From an uncultured Pseudomonadales bacterium (GTDB taxonomy: Bacteria; Patescibacteriota; Microgenomatia; UBA1400; MFAQ01): 64,000 nucleotides of DNA. The notes below the pieces were generated by a model that was not told the DNA's origin, made no database searches, and was given only the letters and a program-made list of their open reading frames with translations. The position numbers were made by a program, and so were the translations under genes. The stretch is taken from the NCBI GenBank assembly GCA_964509695.1, contig CAZDXN010000001.1:51188-115187 (forward strand), written 5' to 3'. Below are positions 1 to 9,278 of the stretch, one piece after another; the first letter of the stretch is position 1; each line of letters opens with the position of its first letter.

Positions 1-380
1 TTAGTTTTATCGTCCAACGGGCCACTCGTCTCCTGTTCGGCGTTGACGTCTCTGATACTCAAACAGGCCTAAAGGTCTTCCGTCGCGAGGTCCTCGAAAA
101 GGTTTTACCTCGGTTGGTGGTGAAGCGCTGGGCCTTTGACCTTGAGATGCTTGCCGCCGCCCATAGGCTTGGTTTCACCCGGATTTATGAATCTCCAATT
201 GAACTTCAATTCAACTTTGCTAGCAATATCGGTCTGGGTTCAGTCGTGAACTTCGTCAACGACTACCTAGCCATTTTCTATCGGACTCATCTGCTTCACT
301 ACTACGATGATTCTCACCACGATCTCTGGGCCGACGACCCCGATCTGAAACTAAAGTACACCTCAATAAGTAGCGTCTAA
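1..380 (+). CDS. GT2 family glycosyltransferase, C-terminal fragment (5' end lies outside the window)
   Basis: The frame is open from position 3. The translation ...DTQTGLKVFRREVLEKVLPRLVVKRWAFDLEMLAAAHRLGF is a typical DPM1/GtrB-like GT2 C-terminal region. The listed 88-aa ORF at 114..380 is its tail. Confidence 0.6.
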   Translation, partial: SFIVQRATRLLFGVDVSDTQTGLKVFRREVLEKVLPRLVVKRWAFDLEMLAAAHRLGFTRIYESPIELQFNFASNIGLGSVVNFVNDYLAIFYRTHLLHYYDDSHHDLWADDPDLKLKYTSISSV

Positions 381-2027
381 CATTTGTCTGGCTGTTGAAT
401 TGGTAGGATCCAGCCTGAGCGCTTCTCTGAATGCCTCAATTGCCTTTTCTTTGTTATTTCCCGTCACGTAAATTACCCCCAAGATTCTCCAAGACTCGGT
501 GGTGGGGTTAATTTTTATTCCCTTCAAGACTATTTCCTCCGCACCCTTTAAATCATTTTTTTTGACCGAGATAACCGCCAACTGCAGATAAGTCTGCCAA
601 ATCATCGGATTAATTTCCAAAGCTTTGTAATAGTATTTTGTCGCCTCGTCTAATCTATCGGAAGAAAGATAGGCGTTCCCCAAATTGTGGTATGCATAGG
701 AATATCTCGGGTTGATGGTCACCGCTTTTTTAAACTCCTCAATAGCTTTGTCCCATTCTTTTCTTCTCGAATATAGATCTCCGAGATTGTTGTGATTTTG
801 ATCGCTTGACGGAGATATCTTCTCCATCGATAGCCAAAGAGAATCTTCACTTTTCCAATCTCGGTTCCTCACGATTGTTCTTGTTCCTAGTGCCAGCAAC
901 AAAATTACCAAAATTGTAATATTGACGCCTTTCGGAACCTTTTTTCCGATCAACCTCTCATATATCAGAATACTGGTCACGATCAGACCGATCAATCCAA
1001 AGTAGGTATATCTCTCCGCCACGATCCAAGTCACCCCCCAAGGCGTCAGAGTGATGGATATCCCCCAAAAAAACCACATAATCCAAAAGGCAATTCTCTT
1101 GTCGCGAAACCATCCCCAGACCGCCAAAGACACTAATAGAAGTGATATCACGAAGTACCAGACAATCTGAGTTACCGTAAAACTCATTTCCGAGTGATAC
1201 AGGGTCAGTTTGTCGGGCCAAAGGAGCAATGAAAGATAATTGGAGATGGCGACAGGGGCTTGTAGCAGTGGGCTGGGCCGGCTCAGGTCACTCCCCTTGG
1301 TTTCAACAAAGGAGGTAATTCTGGTATTTAATCCAGCTAGGTTAATCAAGGTAAATCCGATAGCAGTTGAATAAAAAACCACCAACCTCTTCCAATTTTT
1401 TCGAAAAGTTCCCTGCAGTATTTCATAGATAGTTAGGATTGGCGCGATACTGATCGTAATTTGGGCAAAACTTAATGAGCCAAGATATGCCAGCCATCCC
1501 CTCCAGTCTGTTTTTACCGACGAACTCTTTAGGTAGAAAAAAACCGCCAGTAGTCCAAAAAACGTCCCCGCAGAATACGGCGCTGCAGATATCCAAACTA
1601 CCCCTTCGGTTAATAATGGGTGAACCGCAAAGATTAGAGCCGCCGCCAAAGCCATCCCAAATCCGGTCAACCCAAGCAGGATAACATAAATCAAATTAGC
1701 CGAGCCGGCATGGAAAAGGACATTGACCAGTCTATAAGGGAGGGGATTGTCGTGAGCTATAAGCGCCGTAAAATACCGGACAATTATGTAAGCGAAGCCA
1801 AAGGGGTTAGCGGCAAGGCTAGTAAACAACTTCGTTTTAAGTGGATTTCTCAAAATTCCGGGAAGGTCATCAGAGACAAAGGCATTGTTAAGGGAGTTAA
1901 TATATACCAACAAAACCGTCATTGTTATTAAGAAAAATACCCACCACTTCATTTCAACCCGCCGCTCTTTAGGTCTGGGCGCCTCAATCTTTAACTCGTT
2001 TTTCTTTTGTCTCTGTTTTTTGCTCAT
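363..2027 (-). CDS. Polytopic membrane protein with C-terminal TPR repeats (TMTC/PMT-like GT-C candidate)
   Basis: The N-terminal 400 aa are strongly hydrophobic with multiple helices and an early FVSDD loop motif. The C-terminus carries several TPR units (AYHNLGNAY, AIEAFREALRLDP). Confidence 0.55.
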   Translation of the reverse strand: MSKKQRQKKNELKIEAPRPKERRVEMKWWVFFLITMTVLLVYINSLNNAFVSDDLPGILRNPLKTKLFTSLAANPFGFAYIIVRYFTALIAHDNPLPYRLVNVLFHAGSANLIYVILLGLTGFGMALAAALIFAVHPLLTEGVVWISAAPYSAGTFFGLLAVFFYLKSSSVKTDWRGWLAYLGSLSFAQITISIAPILTIYEILQGTFRKNWKRLVVFYSTAIGFTLINLAGLNTRITSFVETKGSDLSRPSPLLQAPVAISNYLSLLLWPDKLTLYHSEMSFTVTQIVWYFVISLLLVSLAVWGWFRDKRIAFWIMWFFWGISITLTPWGVTWIVAERYTYFGLIGLIVTSILIYERLIGKKVPKGVNITILVILLLALGTRTIVRNRDWKSEDSLWLSMEKISPSSDQNHNNLGDLYSRRKEWDKAIEEFKKAVTINPRYSYAYHNLGNAYLSSDRLDEATKYYYKALEINPMIWQTYLQLAVISVKKNDLKGAEEIVLKGIKINPTTESWRILGVIYVTGNNKEKAIEAFREALRLDPTNSTARQMLDATY

Positions 2028-3481
2028 TGTTTAGGGGCCTTTATACAATATATCCTAACAATCTCTTCATTACGGCCTGATAGCGACATCAGCTTGAATG
2101 GCAAGAATAGAATCATCCCGATAATCCCCCAAAAAAATCCTTTTCGGAAGCCTCCACTGATCACGGCCAGAGGAAATTCATAACTAGTTGTACCCTGTCT
2201 TTTTATTATCAAACCCGCCTTTTTAATTAACTGTAACCATTTTTTCTTCTTCCATAAATTGACGTGTGTTCTATCAAAGTAGGCAAAATATTCTTTCCCC
2301 AAAAACCTTTCACTCCAGTTTCCAACCAGCGGTACTTCGAACACCAGACACCCGTCGTTTTTTAGACTACCGGACAGTTTAGATAGCGACAGTAGCGGAT
2401 TCTTTAAGTGCTCGAGGACATGAAAGGCGGTGATCAAGTCGTATTTATTTCCAGGCTTGAAATTCTCAATTGTTCCGGCTGAAATATGTTTATTTGATAC
2501 TCTAGGTTCTTTGTCTGTCCCCCAAGCGTCAAACCCGTTTTTCCGAGCCATCAAAACGAAATTTCCATCCCCGCACCCAACATCTAGGAGAGTTTTATGC
2601 CTTGAGCCGGTGGTTCTCAGTACTTCTTGCAGTCTTTGCCTATCGACAAAGTCTTGGACGTATTTATCAAACACCGGTCTTACCCCACCGATTGAATGAA
2701 ATAAGCATAGTGCCAGGCGAAACAATTTTTCAACTCCATTGAAGTTTTTTAGTATCGTCATTAGACGATTCTTCCGTATGTTCAGTTTTAAATCACTGGT
2801 CTTTAGTTTTTTTACCGTCAGTGATCCTTTATGGTAAACCACAGCTTTCGGACAATACCAACACGAACCACCATTTTTTATCGCCCGAATTGATAGATCT
2901 ACATCTTCATAGTGATATTTAAACCATTCATCAAACCCGTTAATCTCCCAAAAGAAGTTGGCATCAATCATAAACACCGTCCCCACGACATACGATAATG
3001 GTCTCGGCCTTTCGTATTGTCCCCGGTCGGCTTCTCCGTGCCCCCGTCCGAAACCCGTTCCCCACAAACTATAAAATCCGCCCGCGTTATCTATCCTCTT
3101 GTCTCGATAGCGGATGACTTTTGGTTGGACCAAATACTTGTTGTTCTTCCCAGTAAACACCACCAAATTGGCGATAAATTTTGGGTCGACGATGGTGTCG
3201 TCGTTTAGGAAAATCAGCTTTTCACCACGGGCCTTAATCGCCCCGAAATTATTCCCACCCGTAAAAAAACGGTTTTCTCCGGCATCAACAACCTTAACCA
3301 ATTTATTTCTGAGATATTTACTTTTGAGAAAACGTGAATCTCTATTGCCCGAACCGTTATTCACTACGATTACCTCGATATTGGAATACGTTGATACGAG
3401 AATCGAATCGAGACACTCTTCCAAATCGATTCCCCCGAAACGCGAACATATTATTAGTGAAATTTTGCCTTGATTAGACAT
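2024..3481 (-). CDS. Bifunctional GT2 glycosyltransferase / class I SAM methyltransferase fusion
   Basis: N-terminal LIICSRFGG...VIVVNNGS and FLNDDT motifs indicate GT2. The C-terminal LLDVGCGDGNF ... AFHVLEHL motifs indicate a Rossmann methyltransferase. Confidence 0.7.
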   Translation of the reverse strand: MSNQGKISLIICSRFGGIDLEECLDSILVSTYSNIEVIVVNNGSGNRDSRFLKSKYLRNKLVKVVDAGENRFFTGGNNFGAIKARGEKLIFLNDDTIVDPKFIANLVVFTGKNNKYLVQPKVIRYRDKRIDNAGGFYSLWGTGFGRGHGEADRGQYERPRPLSYVVGTVFMIDANFFWEINGFDEWFKYHYEDVDLSIRAIKNGGSCWYCPKAVVYHKGSLTVKKLKTSDLKLNIRKNRLMTILKNFNGVEKLFRLALCLFHSIGGVRPVFDKYVQDFVDRQRLQEVLRTTGSRHKTLLDVGCGDGNFVLMARKNGFDAWGTDKEPRVSNKHISAGTIENFKPGNKYDLITAFHVLEHLKNPLLSLSKLSGSLKNDGCLVFEVPLVGNWSERFLGKEYFAYFDRTHVNLWKKKKWLQLIKKAGLIIKRQGTTSYEFPLAVISGGFRKGFFWGIIGMILFLPFKLMSLSGRNEEIVRIYCIKAPKQ

Positions 3482-4484
3482 TCTTTAACCAATTAAACCC
3501 CTTGCTTATTAGTTGTCGGGTTCCAATATTTCCAAAAATTATCCTCTCATATTCATTATGATTACCCCCGTTTATTTTCATTCGTCTTCGATAGTCGATC
3601 AACTTGTCAAGATGGACCAAATCCCACCACAAACCTCTGACAATCCAAATAATCATTTTCGTCTCACCAGCAAAACATAGTTTCAAGCAAACGAATCCCC
3701 AGCCCAAAATATGCAAGGGCAACATCCACCACATTTTCGAAGGTGCGTTTTTAATAATGTTGGCAGTGTTATTTTTAGCCCCTTCAAAAAATATTCTGTA
3801 CCTCGTTCGGGCGTTTAAACTGCTTTTTTGGTAGTGTCTCACCCGGGCTTGGGGGCAGTATATGATCTGATATCCCAGCTTCCACACCCGCCAACAGAGA
3901 TCAGTTTCCTCAGCATAGATTATGTAGTTCTCGTCAAATCCGCCAATCCTTTCAAATACCCTCTTTCTTATCGCCATAGCCGCGCTCCTTGCCCCGAAAA
4001 TTAGTCTTTCCTCATTCCAATTTTTTTCATTTTCATCAACGCCTATTTCATAGGGAAAGCCGAAGGGGGACAGAAAATGACCTCCCGATTCAACCCTCTC
4101 ACTATCTTTGGAAACAAGTTTGGCCTGCATTGCGCCGATCTTAGGACTAGACTCAAATTTGTCGGCCGCTATCGACAAAAAGTCTGTTTCAAGTCCGGTA
4201 TCAATGTCCAAAAACACCAAATAACGCCCTCTGGCCTTTGCCGCACCCAAGTTTCTTGACTTCGCTGCCCCCAAATTGGTCTTGTTTTCGATAACAAAAA
4301 CGTTCTCATATCGATCGTACTGACTCAATATTTTTCCTGATTCATCATTGGAAGCGTCGTTGATAACTATGATTTCAATGTCTTTTAAGCCATATTTTAA
4401 TACCGAATCGAGGCATGGTCCGATATAACGTCCCGCGTTGAAACAGGGAATAATCACCGAAATCGATATCTCCTTTTTTTTCAT
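3474..4484 (-). CDS. GT2 family glycosyltransferase
   Basis: ISISVIIPCFNAGRYIGPCLDSV...IIVINDASNDES and LVFLDIDT (DxD) motifs. The start was moved to the internal Met (MKKKEISIS), which abuts the upstream stop. Confidence 0.75.
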   Translation of the reverse strand: MKKKEISISVIIPCFNAGRYIGPCLDSVLKYGLKDIEIIVINDASNDESGKILSQYDRYENVFVIENKTNLGAAKSRNLGAAKARGRYLVFLDIDTGLETDFLSIAADKFESSPKIGAMQAKLVSKDSERVESGGHFLSPFGFPYEIGVDENEKNWNEERLIFGARSAAMAIRKRVFERIGGFDENYIIYAEETDLCWRVWKLGYQIIYCPQARVRHYQKSSLNARTRYRIFFEGAKNNTANIIKNAPSKMWWMLPLHILGWGFVCLKLCFAGETKMIIWIVRGLWWDLVHLDKLIDYRRRMKINGGNHNEYERIIFGNIGTRQLISKGFNWLKNV

Positions 4485-4485
4485 G

Positions 4486-5487
4486 TCAATACGGCCTCCC
4501 GGAAAGATAATTTGTAAATTTCCCCCAATACCAGCCAAGGCTTCTCCGATCAATCAAATAAGCATCAATCATATCAGAAGGGACTCCCTCGTTCACTCTA
4601 GCGGAAAGCCCCACAATAACCGCCTTAATAATTGAGATGAACATCCGAAGCTTCCCCTTGATCAAAAAGGAAATTCCGATCAAAAGCCAGGCCACGGTTA
4701 CCGCTAGCAATAATTTCAATTTCAAAAAACCTATAGAATTTTTCCGCAATGTCCAAAGTTGATTCCTCCCCCCCAAAAAACTAGTATTTTGGCCCGACTG
4801 TTCACTTGATTTACTCCCGGAGGAACCAAAAGCATGGCGGAAAGTCAAAAAGGGGCAAAACTTATTTTGAAAGCCTGTATTTATTACCCGCCAAAAATAG
4901 TCAGGTTCCTCCCAATACATATAATAATTTTTATCAAAACCGCCGAGTTTCCGAAATATATCAGTTCTCGCAAACATTGCCGCTCCCTTTCCGGAAAAAA
5001 TAAAAGGGGAGTCGTCGAACTGACCTATGTCCCTTGCACCTTGGGCCATCTCCGCCAAGAATCCAAAGGGACTGATTTTTTCTCCAGCCGAATCAAAAAT
5101 TCTCCCCTTCCACCTTAGTAGCTTAAAAACACCCGCTCCGAGCTGATCCTGTTTAGCCAACCAAGCGCTCAACCCTCTAATATCCGCCTCAATCAATTTT
5201 GTGTCCGCATCAACAAAAATCAACCACTCTTCCTTAACTAGTCTAAGTGCCCGGTTCCTGGCGGCCGCTGGTCCGATATTTTGTCGGTTGGCAATTAGTT
5301 TTACCCGAGCAGACTTTTTTTGCAAGTATTTGACAATCGCCACACTATCGTCGGTCGAGTTATTATCAACGACTATTATTTGGGCAAAGGCCTTATTTTT
5401 CAGCAAAGACCTAAGGCAATCCGTGAGGTAACGCCCGTCATTATAGTTGGAGATAACAACAGAAAAGCGATAATTAACGATAGGCAT
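4486..5487 (-). CDS. GT2 family glycosyltransferase
   Basis: FSVVISNYNDGRYLTDCLRSL...IIVVDNNSTDDS and LIFVDADT motifs. Confidence 0.75.
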   Translation of the reverse strand: MPIVNYRFSVVISNYNDGRYLTDCLRSLLKNKAFAQIIVVDNNSTDDSVAIVKYLQKKSARVKLIANRQNIGPAAARNRALRLVKEEWLIFVDADTKLIEADIRGLSAWLAKQDQLGAGVFKLLRWKGRIFDSAGEKISPFGFLAEMAQGARDIGQFDDSPFIFSGKGAAMFARTDIFRKLGGFDKNYYMYWEEPDYFWRVINTGFQNKFCPFLTFRHAFGSSGSKSSEQSGQNTSFLGGRNQLWTLRKNSIGFLKLKLLLAVTVAWLLIGISFLIKGKLRMFISIIKAVIVGLSARVNEGVPSDMIDAYLIDRRSLGWYWGKFTNYLSGRPY

Positions 5488-7210
5488 AAATTAAACCGTC
5501 AGGAAATCTTTTAACCTGTATTTTGAAACCATTTTTCCTTAAATAATCAGTTAACTGCTTACAATCATGGTCTTCGTCAAGACGATGATACTCCATTACA
5601 ATACAGCCAATATTCGAAATAACGTTCGGGGGGCAATTTAATAAAATTTCATACTCCGCTCCTTCACAATCAAGTTTAAGTAAGTCGATATGCGGTAACT
5701 TATACCCCTCGACTAATTTTTCCAAAGTTACCGTACGGACAATTTGTTTAGAGAGTTTATCATTCCCAAAATAAAATGAGTGAGCCGCGTGGTTATCGCC
5801 TGAAATTATTAGGTTTCTCCTGCCAGTCAAACCAGCAACTGCGTAGTTCAAAGCAATAATGTTTTTTTTCTTATTCAGTTTTATATTTCTTGATAGCAAT
5901 GCATGGTTCTCTCGTTCAGGTTCCAAAACATATATTCGGCAATCATCATGAACCAGCTCAGATATCTTTAACGCGAAGACACCAATGTGGGCTCCAACAT
6001 CCAAAACCACCCTAAACAATTTTGGATCAAGAAATGGAGGAAAATAAATCTTTCTTATCAATATTTCATCCAATATTCCCAGATCAATTGAGCCCGACCT
6101 AACCGTATACTTAGTACCAGTTTTAGCTTGATATACAATCTGTTTGTTTTTGACTAATCCAAAACAATCAGCATAGAACTCTCGCCAATTTATAAAAGTC
6201 GACTTCACCACTCTAAAGTTAGTCAACAGCAAAGTTAACCAAAATAGCTTTCTTAAACTAAACATTCTGAGAGTACCCGCTACCCCCCCAAGCCAACTAA
6301 TTTGTCCTGTCGATATAGTTTTATAAACCCAATATCCGTTCAGAAAAAATAAGTATAAACCAAATCTCCAAATATGCCCCCACCTAGGTTTGTAAACATG
6401 CTTAAAATAATAGCGAAGAAAATTTTGCATCCTTTCCCCGGCATCATTTCGCCGGGTATAAACACCACCTTGAGAAATGTGGTGATCAACCCGGACCTTC
6501 GAGTTAAACACCAGCCGATTTCCCAAAGTCTTAATTTTCTGGGCCAGATCCAGCTCACACCACTCAGCCACTCCTCTAAAGCTAAAGTCGAACCCCCCTA
6601 CTTTTCTAACCAAAGCCCGTCTGACGGTCATATTGCAGGCTTCCAGATAGTCAACATTGATCAAGCCCTTTAATCTCAGGCAAGATCGGAAATTTGATCC
6701 GGGTGACCAGGCCCCGCTTCGAAAAACCCTCCCCACTTGATACATTCCATTTTCGAGAAAAACCTTGTTCCAGATCTCTCCTAGCCACTTGCTAAATCCA
6801 CTTTTATTGTAGAAAAAAAATATATCGCGTTGTCTCAAAATCTTTGGAGGAATAATTGTCGGTCCACTGACTCCGCCGATCTTACTATCCTCAAAAATTT
6901 CAATAATAGATTTCGCCCAATCTGGTGAAACCACCACGTCATCATCGATCCACGAGACCAATTTCCCCCTTGCCTTTCTCCAGCCAAGGTCGCGTACTTT
7001 AGCCAGCTGCTTCTCTTCGAAAACATAAAATCTGATTAGTAATCTGTTCTTAAACTCATCAACAATCCGTTTGGTTCCGTCGGCTGAGCCGCCGTCAATG
7101 ATAATTACTTCGAACCCCTTATAGCTTTGTTTTGTCAGACTAAGAAGCGTCTTGGCCAACGACGCCGCCCGGTTATAAGTACAAATAACTACCGATAATT
7201 CCAACTTCAT
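5474..7210 (-). CDS. GT2 glycosyltransferase fused to FkbM-family methyltransferase
   Basis: The N-terminus LSVVICTYNRAASL...VIIIDGGSADGT indicates GT2. The C-terminal VLDVGAHIGVFAL ... MEYH region matches the FkbM-type methyltransferase pattern. Confidence 0.7.
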   Translation of the reverse strand: MKLELSVVICTYNRAASLAKTLLSLTKQSYKGFEVIIIDGGSADGTKRIVDEFKNRLLIRFYVFEEKQLAKVRDLGWRKARGKLVSWIDDDVVVSPDWAKSIIEIFEDSKIGGVSGPTIIPPKILRQRDIFFFYNKSGFSKWLGEIWNKVFLENGMYQVGRVFRSGAWSPGSNFRSCLRLKGLINVDYLEACNMTVRRALVRKVGGFDFSFRGVAEWCELDLAQKIKTLGNRLVFNSKVRVDHHISQGGVYTRRNDAGERMQNFLRYYFKHVYKPRWGHIWRFGLYLFFLNGYWVYKTISTGQISWLGGVAGTLRMFSLRKLFWLTLLLTNFRVVKSTFINWREFYADCFGLVKNKQIVYQAKTGTKYTVRSGSIDLGILDEILIRKIYFPPFLDPKLFRVVLDVGAHIGVFALKISELVHDDCRIYVLEPERENHALLSRNIKLNKKKNIIALNYAVAGLTGRRNLIISGDNHAAHSFYFGNDKLSKQIVRTVTLEKLVEGYKLPHIDLLKLDCEGAEYEILLNCPPNVISNIGCIVMEYHRLDEDHDCKQLTDYLRKNGFKIQVKRFPDGLIYAYR

Positions 7211-7231
7211 GGCTTCTAGTATACTTGAGGC

Positions 7232-8251
7232 ATGTTTGATTACCTCATGCGCCGCGCCAAAGTACTCTACGCCATCTCTCCGTTAATCAGGGCGGTTGTC
7301 CGAAAGATCACCACCTCCTCAACCTACAAATCATTTGTTCAAAATAGAATCAAAGCCCAAATCGCTGACCGTACGGTCCCACTCAATTTAATTATCGAAA
7401 CTTCCAGTTTGTGCAATGCCGCCTGTTTGATGTGCCCGTACCGGTCGCTGAAACGGGCTAGGAAAATCATGGACCGGCCGACCTGGGAAAAGATAATTGA
7501 CCGACTCAAAAAAGAGAAGCTTTTGATCAACAAGGTCTTTTTTAGCGGGATGGGTGAGCCGCTAATCGACCCCGATTTGCTAGATAGAATAAAGCAGGTC
7601 AAAGACCTAGGCTACTACATCAAACTTTACACCAACGCCTCTTGGCTCAAACCGGAAGTTTCTCAAAAATTAATTGATCTAAAAGTAAACGAGATAAATA
7701 TCAGCTTCAATGGCACCAACAAACGTGAATATGAATCGATTATGAAACTGGATTATGACACGACCCTCCGAAACATCGAGTCTCTTCTGAAAATCAAAAC
7801 GGAAAACCATACCGACCAGCCAATTGTCCGCATCTCTTCGGTCCTCCTCAAGCAAAACGAAAAAAATGTCAAAAGCCATCTTGATCGTTGGTCCAAAGTA
7901 GTCAAATCGGTTGGCGTCAGTATCGCCCACGAATGGGGAGGGACAATTTCTGCCAAGACCAGTCATCATTTTGACAAAACCCGAGTCTTCCCCTGTCGCT
8001 CCCTTTGGCACACCATCAATATCGACAGCTGTGGCAACTTCGTCATCTGTTGCCGCGACTACGAGTCAAACTTTGTTTTGGGAAACATTATGACCGACTC
8101 TTTTGCCAAGATCGAGAAAAGCCCGCTTTTATCCAAGTTCCGTTCTCTCCATCTTGGTTACGATCAAAGCAAACTTCCCGAAATGTGTAAACGCTGCAAC
8201 TTCCCATATCAGGAGGGAGTTGAGTGGTTCCTTCCCCGCTCTAGCGATTAA
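7232..8251 (+). CDS. Radical SAM protein with C-terminal SPASM/twitch-like Cys cluster
   Basis: A CNAACLMC (Cx3Cx2C) motif follows IIETSSL. The C-terminus has CRSLWHTINIDSCGNFVICC...CKRCNF, an auxiliary Fe-S cysteine pattern. Confidence 0.7.
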   Translation: MFDYLMRRAKVLYAISPLIRAVVRKITTSSTYKSFVQNRIKAQIADRTVPLNLIIETSSLCNAACLMCPYRSLKRARKIMDRPTWEKIIDRLKKEKLLINKVFFSGMGEPLIDPDLLDRIKQVKDLGYYIKLYTNASWLKPEVSQKLIDLKVNEINISFNGTNKREYESIMKLDYDTTLRNIESLLKIKTENHTDQPIVRISSVLLKQNEKNVKSHLDRWSKVVKSVGVSIAHEWGGTISAKTSHHFDKTRVFPCRSLWHTINIDSCGNFVICCRDYESNFVLGNIMTDSFAKIEKSPLLSKFRSLHLGYDQSKLPEMCKRCNFPYQEGVEWFLPRSSD

Positions 8252-9257
8252 GCCTGCGCTTCAGTATTCCCAGATAATTCCACGTTTGCCAATTGATCAC
8301 CGACAGGGCATATATCATCATAATCAACCAACACATCACCGGATGGAGAAACCACGCTGGGTCTCTTCGCTTCAAGTAGCCTCTAACAGCGAATATCGTT
8401 GGCAATACCAAAGTTAGACTATAGAAAACATATGCCAAGATCTTTTTTTGATCTTTCTTTTTGTCATAAAGTAGGTAGCGCCTCCGTGATAAATCCCTAA
8501 GGTACAAGTCCTCCATGTATCGCTTCCGCTTCAGGAAAAACTCGACAAATCCCTCCCCCGAATCATGAATGATATCGTTTTTTACCACGGCGTACTTGCG
8601 ATGTCCCTTTTTGATGAGGTCACAGTTGACGTCAATATGGAAAAAGTGTTTCTCGTCGACCCTAGCCTGATTCAACAACCTTCGCTTAATCAAGAAACCA
8701 TTTGCCCCCAAAGTCGGAATTTCATTTTTGTCAAACTCAACCAAGAAATATTTACCTTTATCACTTACCTTCCCCAGCAAACTCCAATCGTCATCAAGAT
8801 ATGACTGACGATCGGCTCGTCCTAGGAAAAAAGCCACTGGATCATTGGCCCCTATCAGGGCAAAGTAGCGGTTAAGAATTTTATCTCTTTGGTTGTGACG
8901 GTATCTCCAGGTATAACAACCGGTGATTGAGGGCTCGTCCGTCAATACCCCCACCATCGTTTTCAGCCAATTTTTGGTTGGCAAAATATTGTCACAATCG
9001 ATCTCCAAAACGATTTCATTTTTGGCATATCTTAGGGCCACCGCCTTTGCCGATTCCGGTCCGCCCGTTTTTTCCGAAATTACCCTGCCCCCAAATTTCT
9101 TTATTATGTCCACCGTGCCATCAGTCGACCCCCCGTCGGCCACCATGATCTCTACCTTTTTCTGGTCATATATCTGGTTCCGAACACTTTTTAAGGCCCT
9201 TTCCAGAATCGGTCCGCTATTAAAAGTGGCCATGACGACACTCACGGATTTTGTCAT
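8241..9257 (-). CDS. GT2 family glycosyltransferase with C-terminal membrane-anchored tail
   Basis: VSVVMATFNSGPILERALKSV...VADGGSTDGT motif. The C-terminus is hydrophobic. It is a paralog of 40863..41936 (KRRDPAWFLHPVMCW vs KKRDSAWFAHPFLCW). Confidence 0.7.
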   Translation of the reverse strand: MTKSVSVVMATFNSGPILERALKSVRNQIYDQKKVEIMVADGGSTDGTVDIIKKFGGRVISEKTGGPESAKAVALRYAKNEIVLEIDCDNILPTKNWLKTMVGVLTDEPSITGCYTWRYRHNQRDKILNRYFALIGANDPVAFFLGRADRQSYLDDDWSLLGKVSDKGKYFLVEFDKNEIPTLGANGFLIKRRLLNQARVDEKHFFHIDVNCDLIKKGHRKYAVVKNDIIHDSGEGFVEFFLKRKRYMEDLYLRDLSRRRYLLYDKKKDQKKILAYVFYSLTLVLPTIFAVRGYLKRRDPAWFLHPVMCWLIMMIYALSVINWQTWNYLGILKRRLNR

Positions 9258-9278
9258 ATCGCTATACTATATCCAACT

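Noticed and set aside
114-380. 88-aa ORF called as a stand-alone small gene
   Set aside because: The frame is open back to the window edge, and the upstream translation continues a GT2 domain. It is the 3' end of a truncated larger gene, not a separate small protein.
958-1931. Small ORFs 958..1221 (-), 1475..1684 (+) and 1710..1931 (+)
   Set aside because: They are embedded in, or antisense to, the 554-aa TPR membrane protein gene (363..2027). Their translations are low-complexity with no motifs, so they are alternative-frame artefacts.
7211-7231. 21-bp gap between divergent genes 5474..7210 (-) and 7232..8251 (+) as a bidirectional promoter
   Set aside because: It is too short to hold two promoters. 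The SPASM rSAM gene more likely starts at a downstream Met, or its promoter lies within the neighbouring coding sequence. Sequence inspection alone cannot resolve this.
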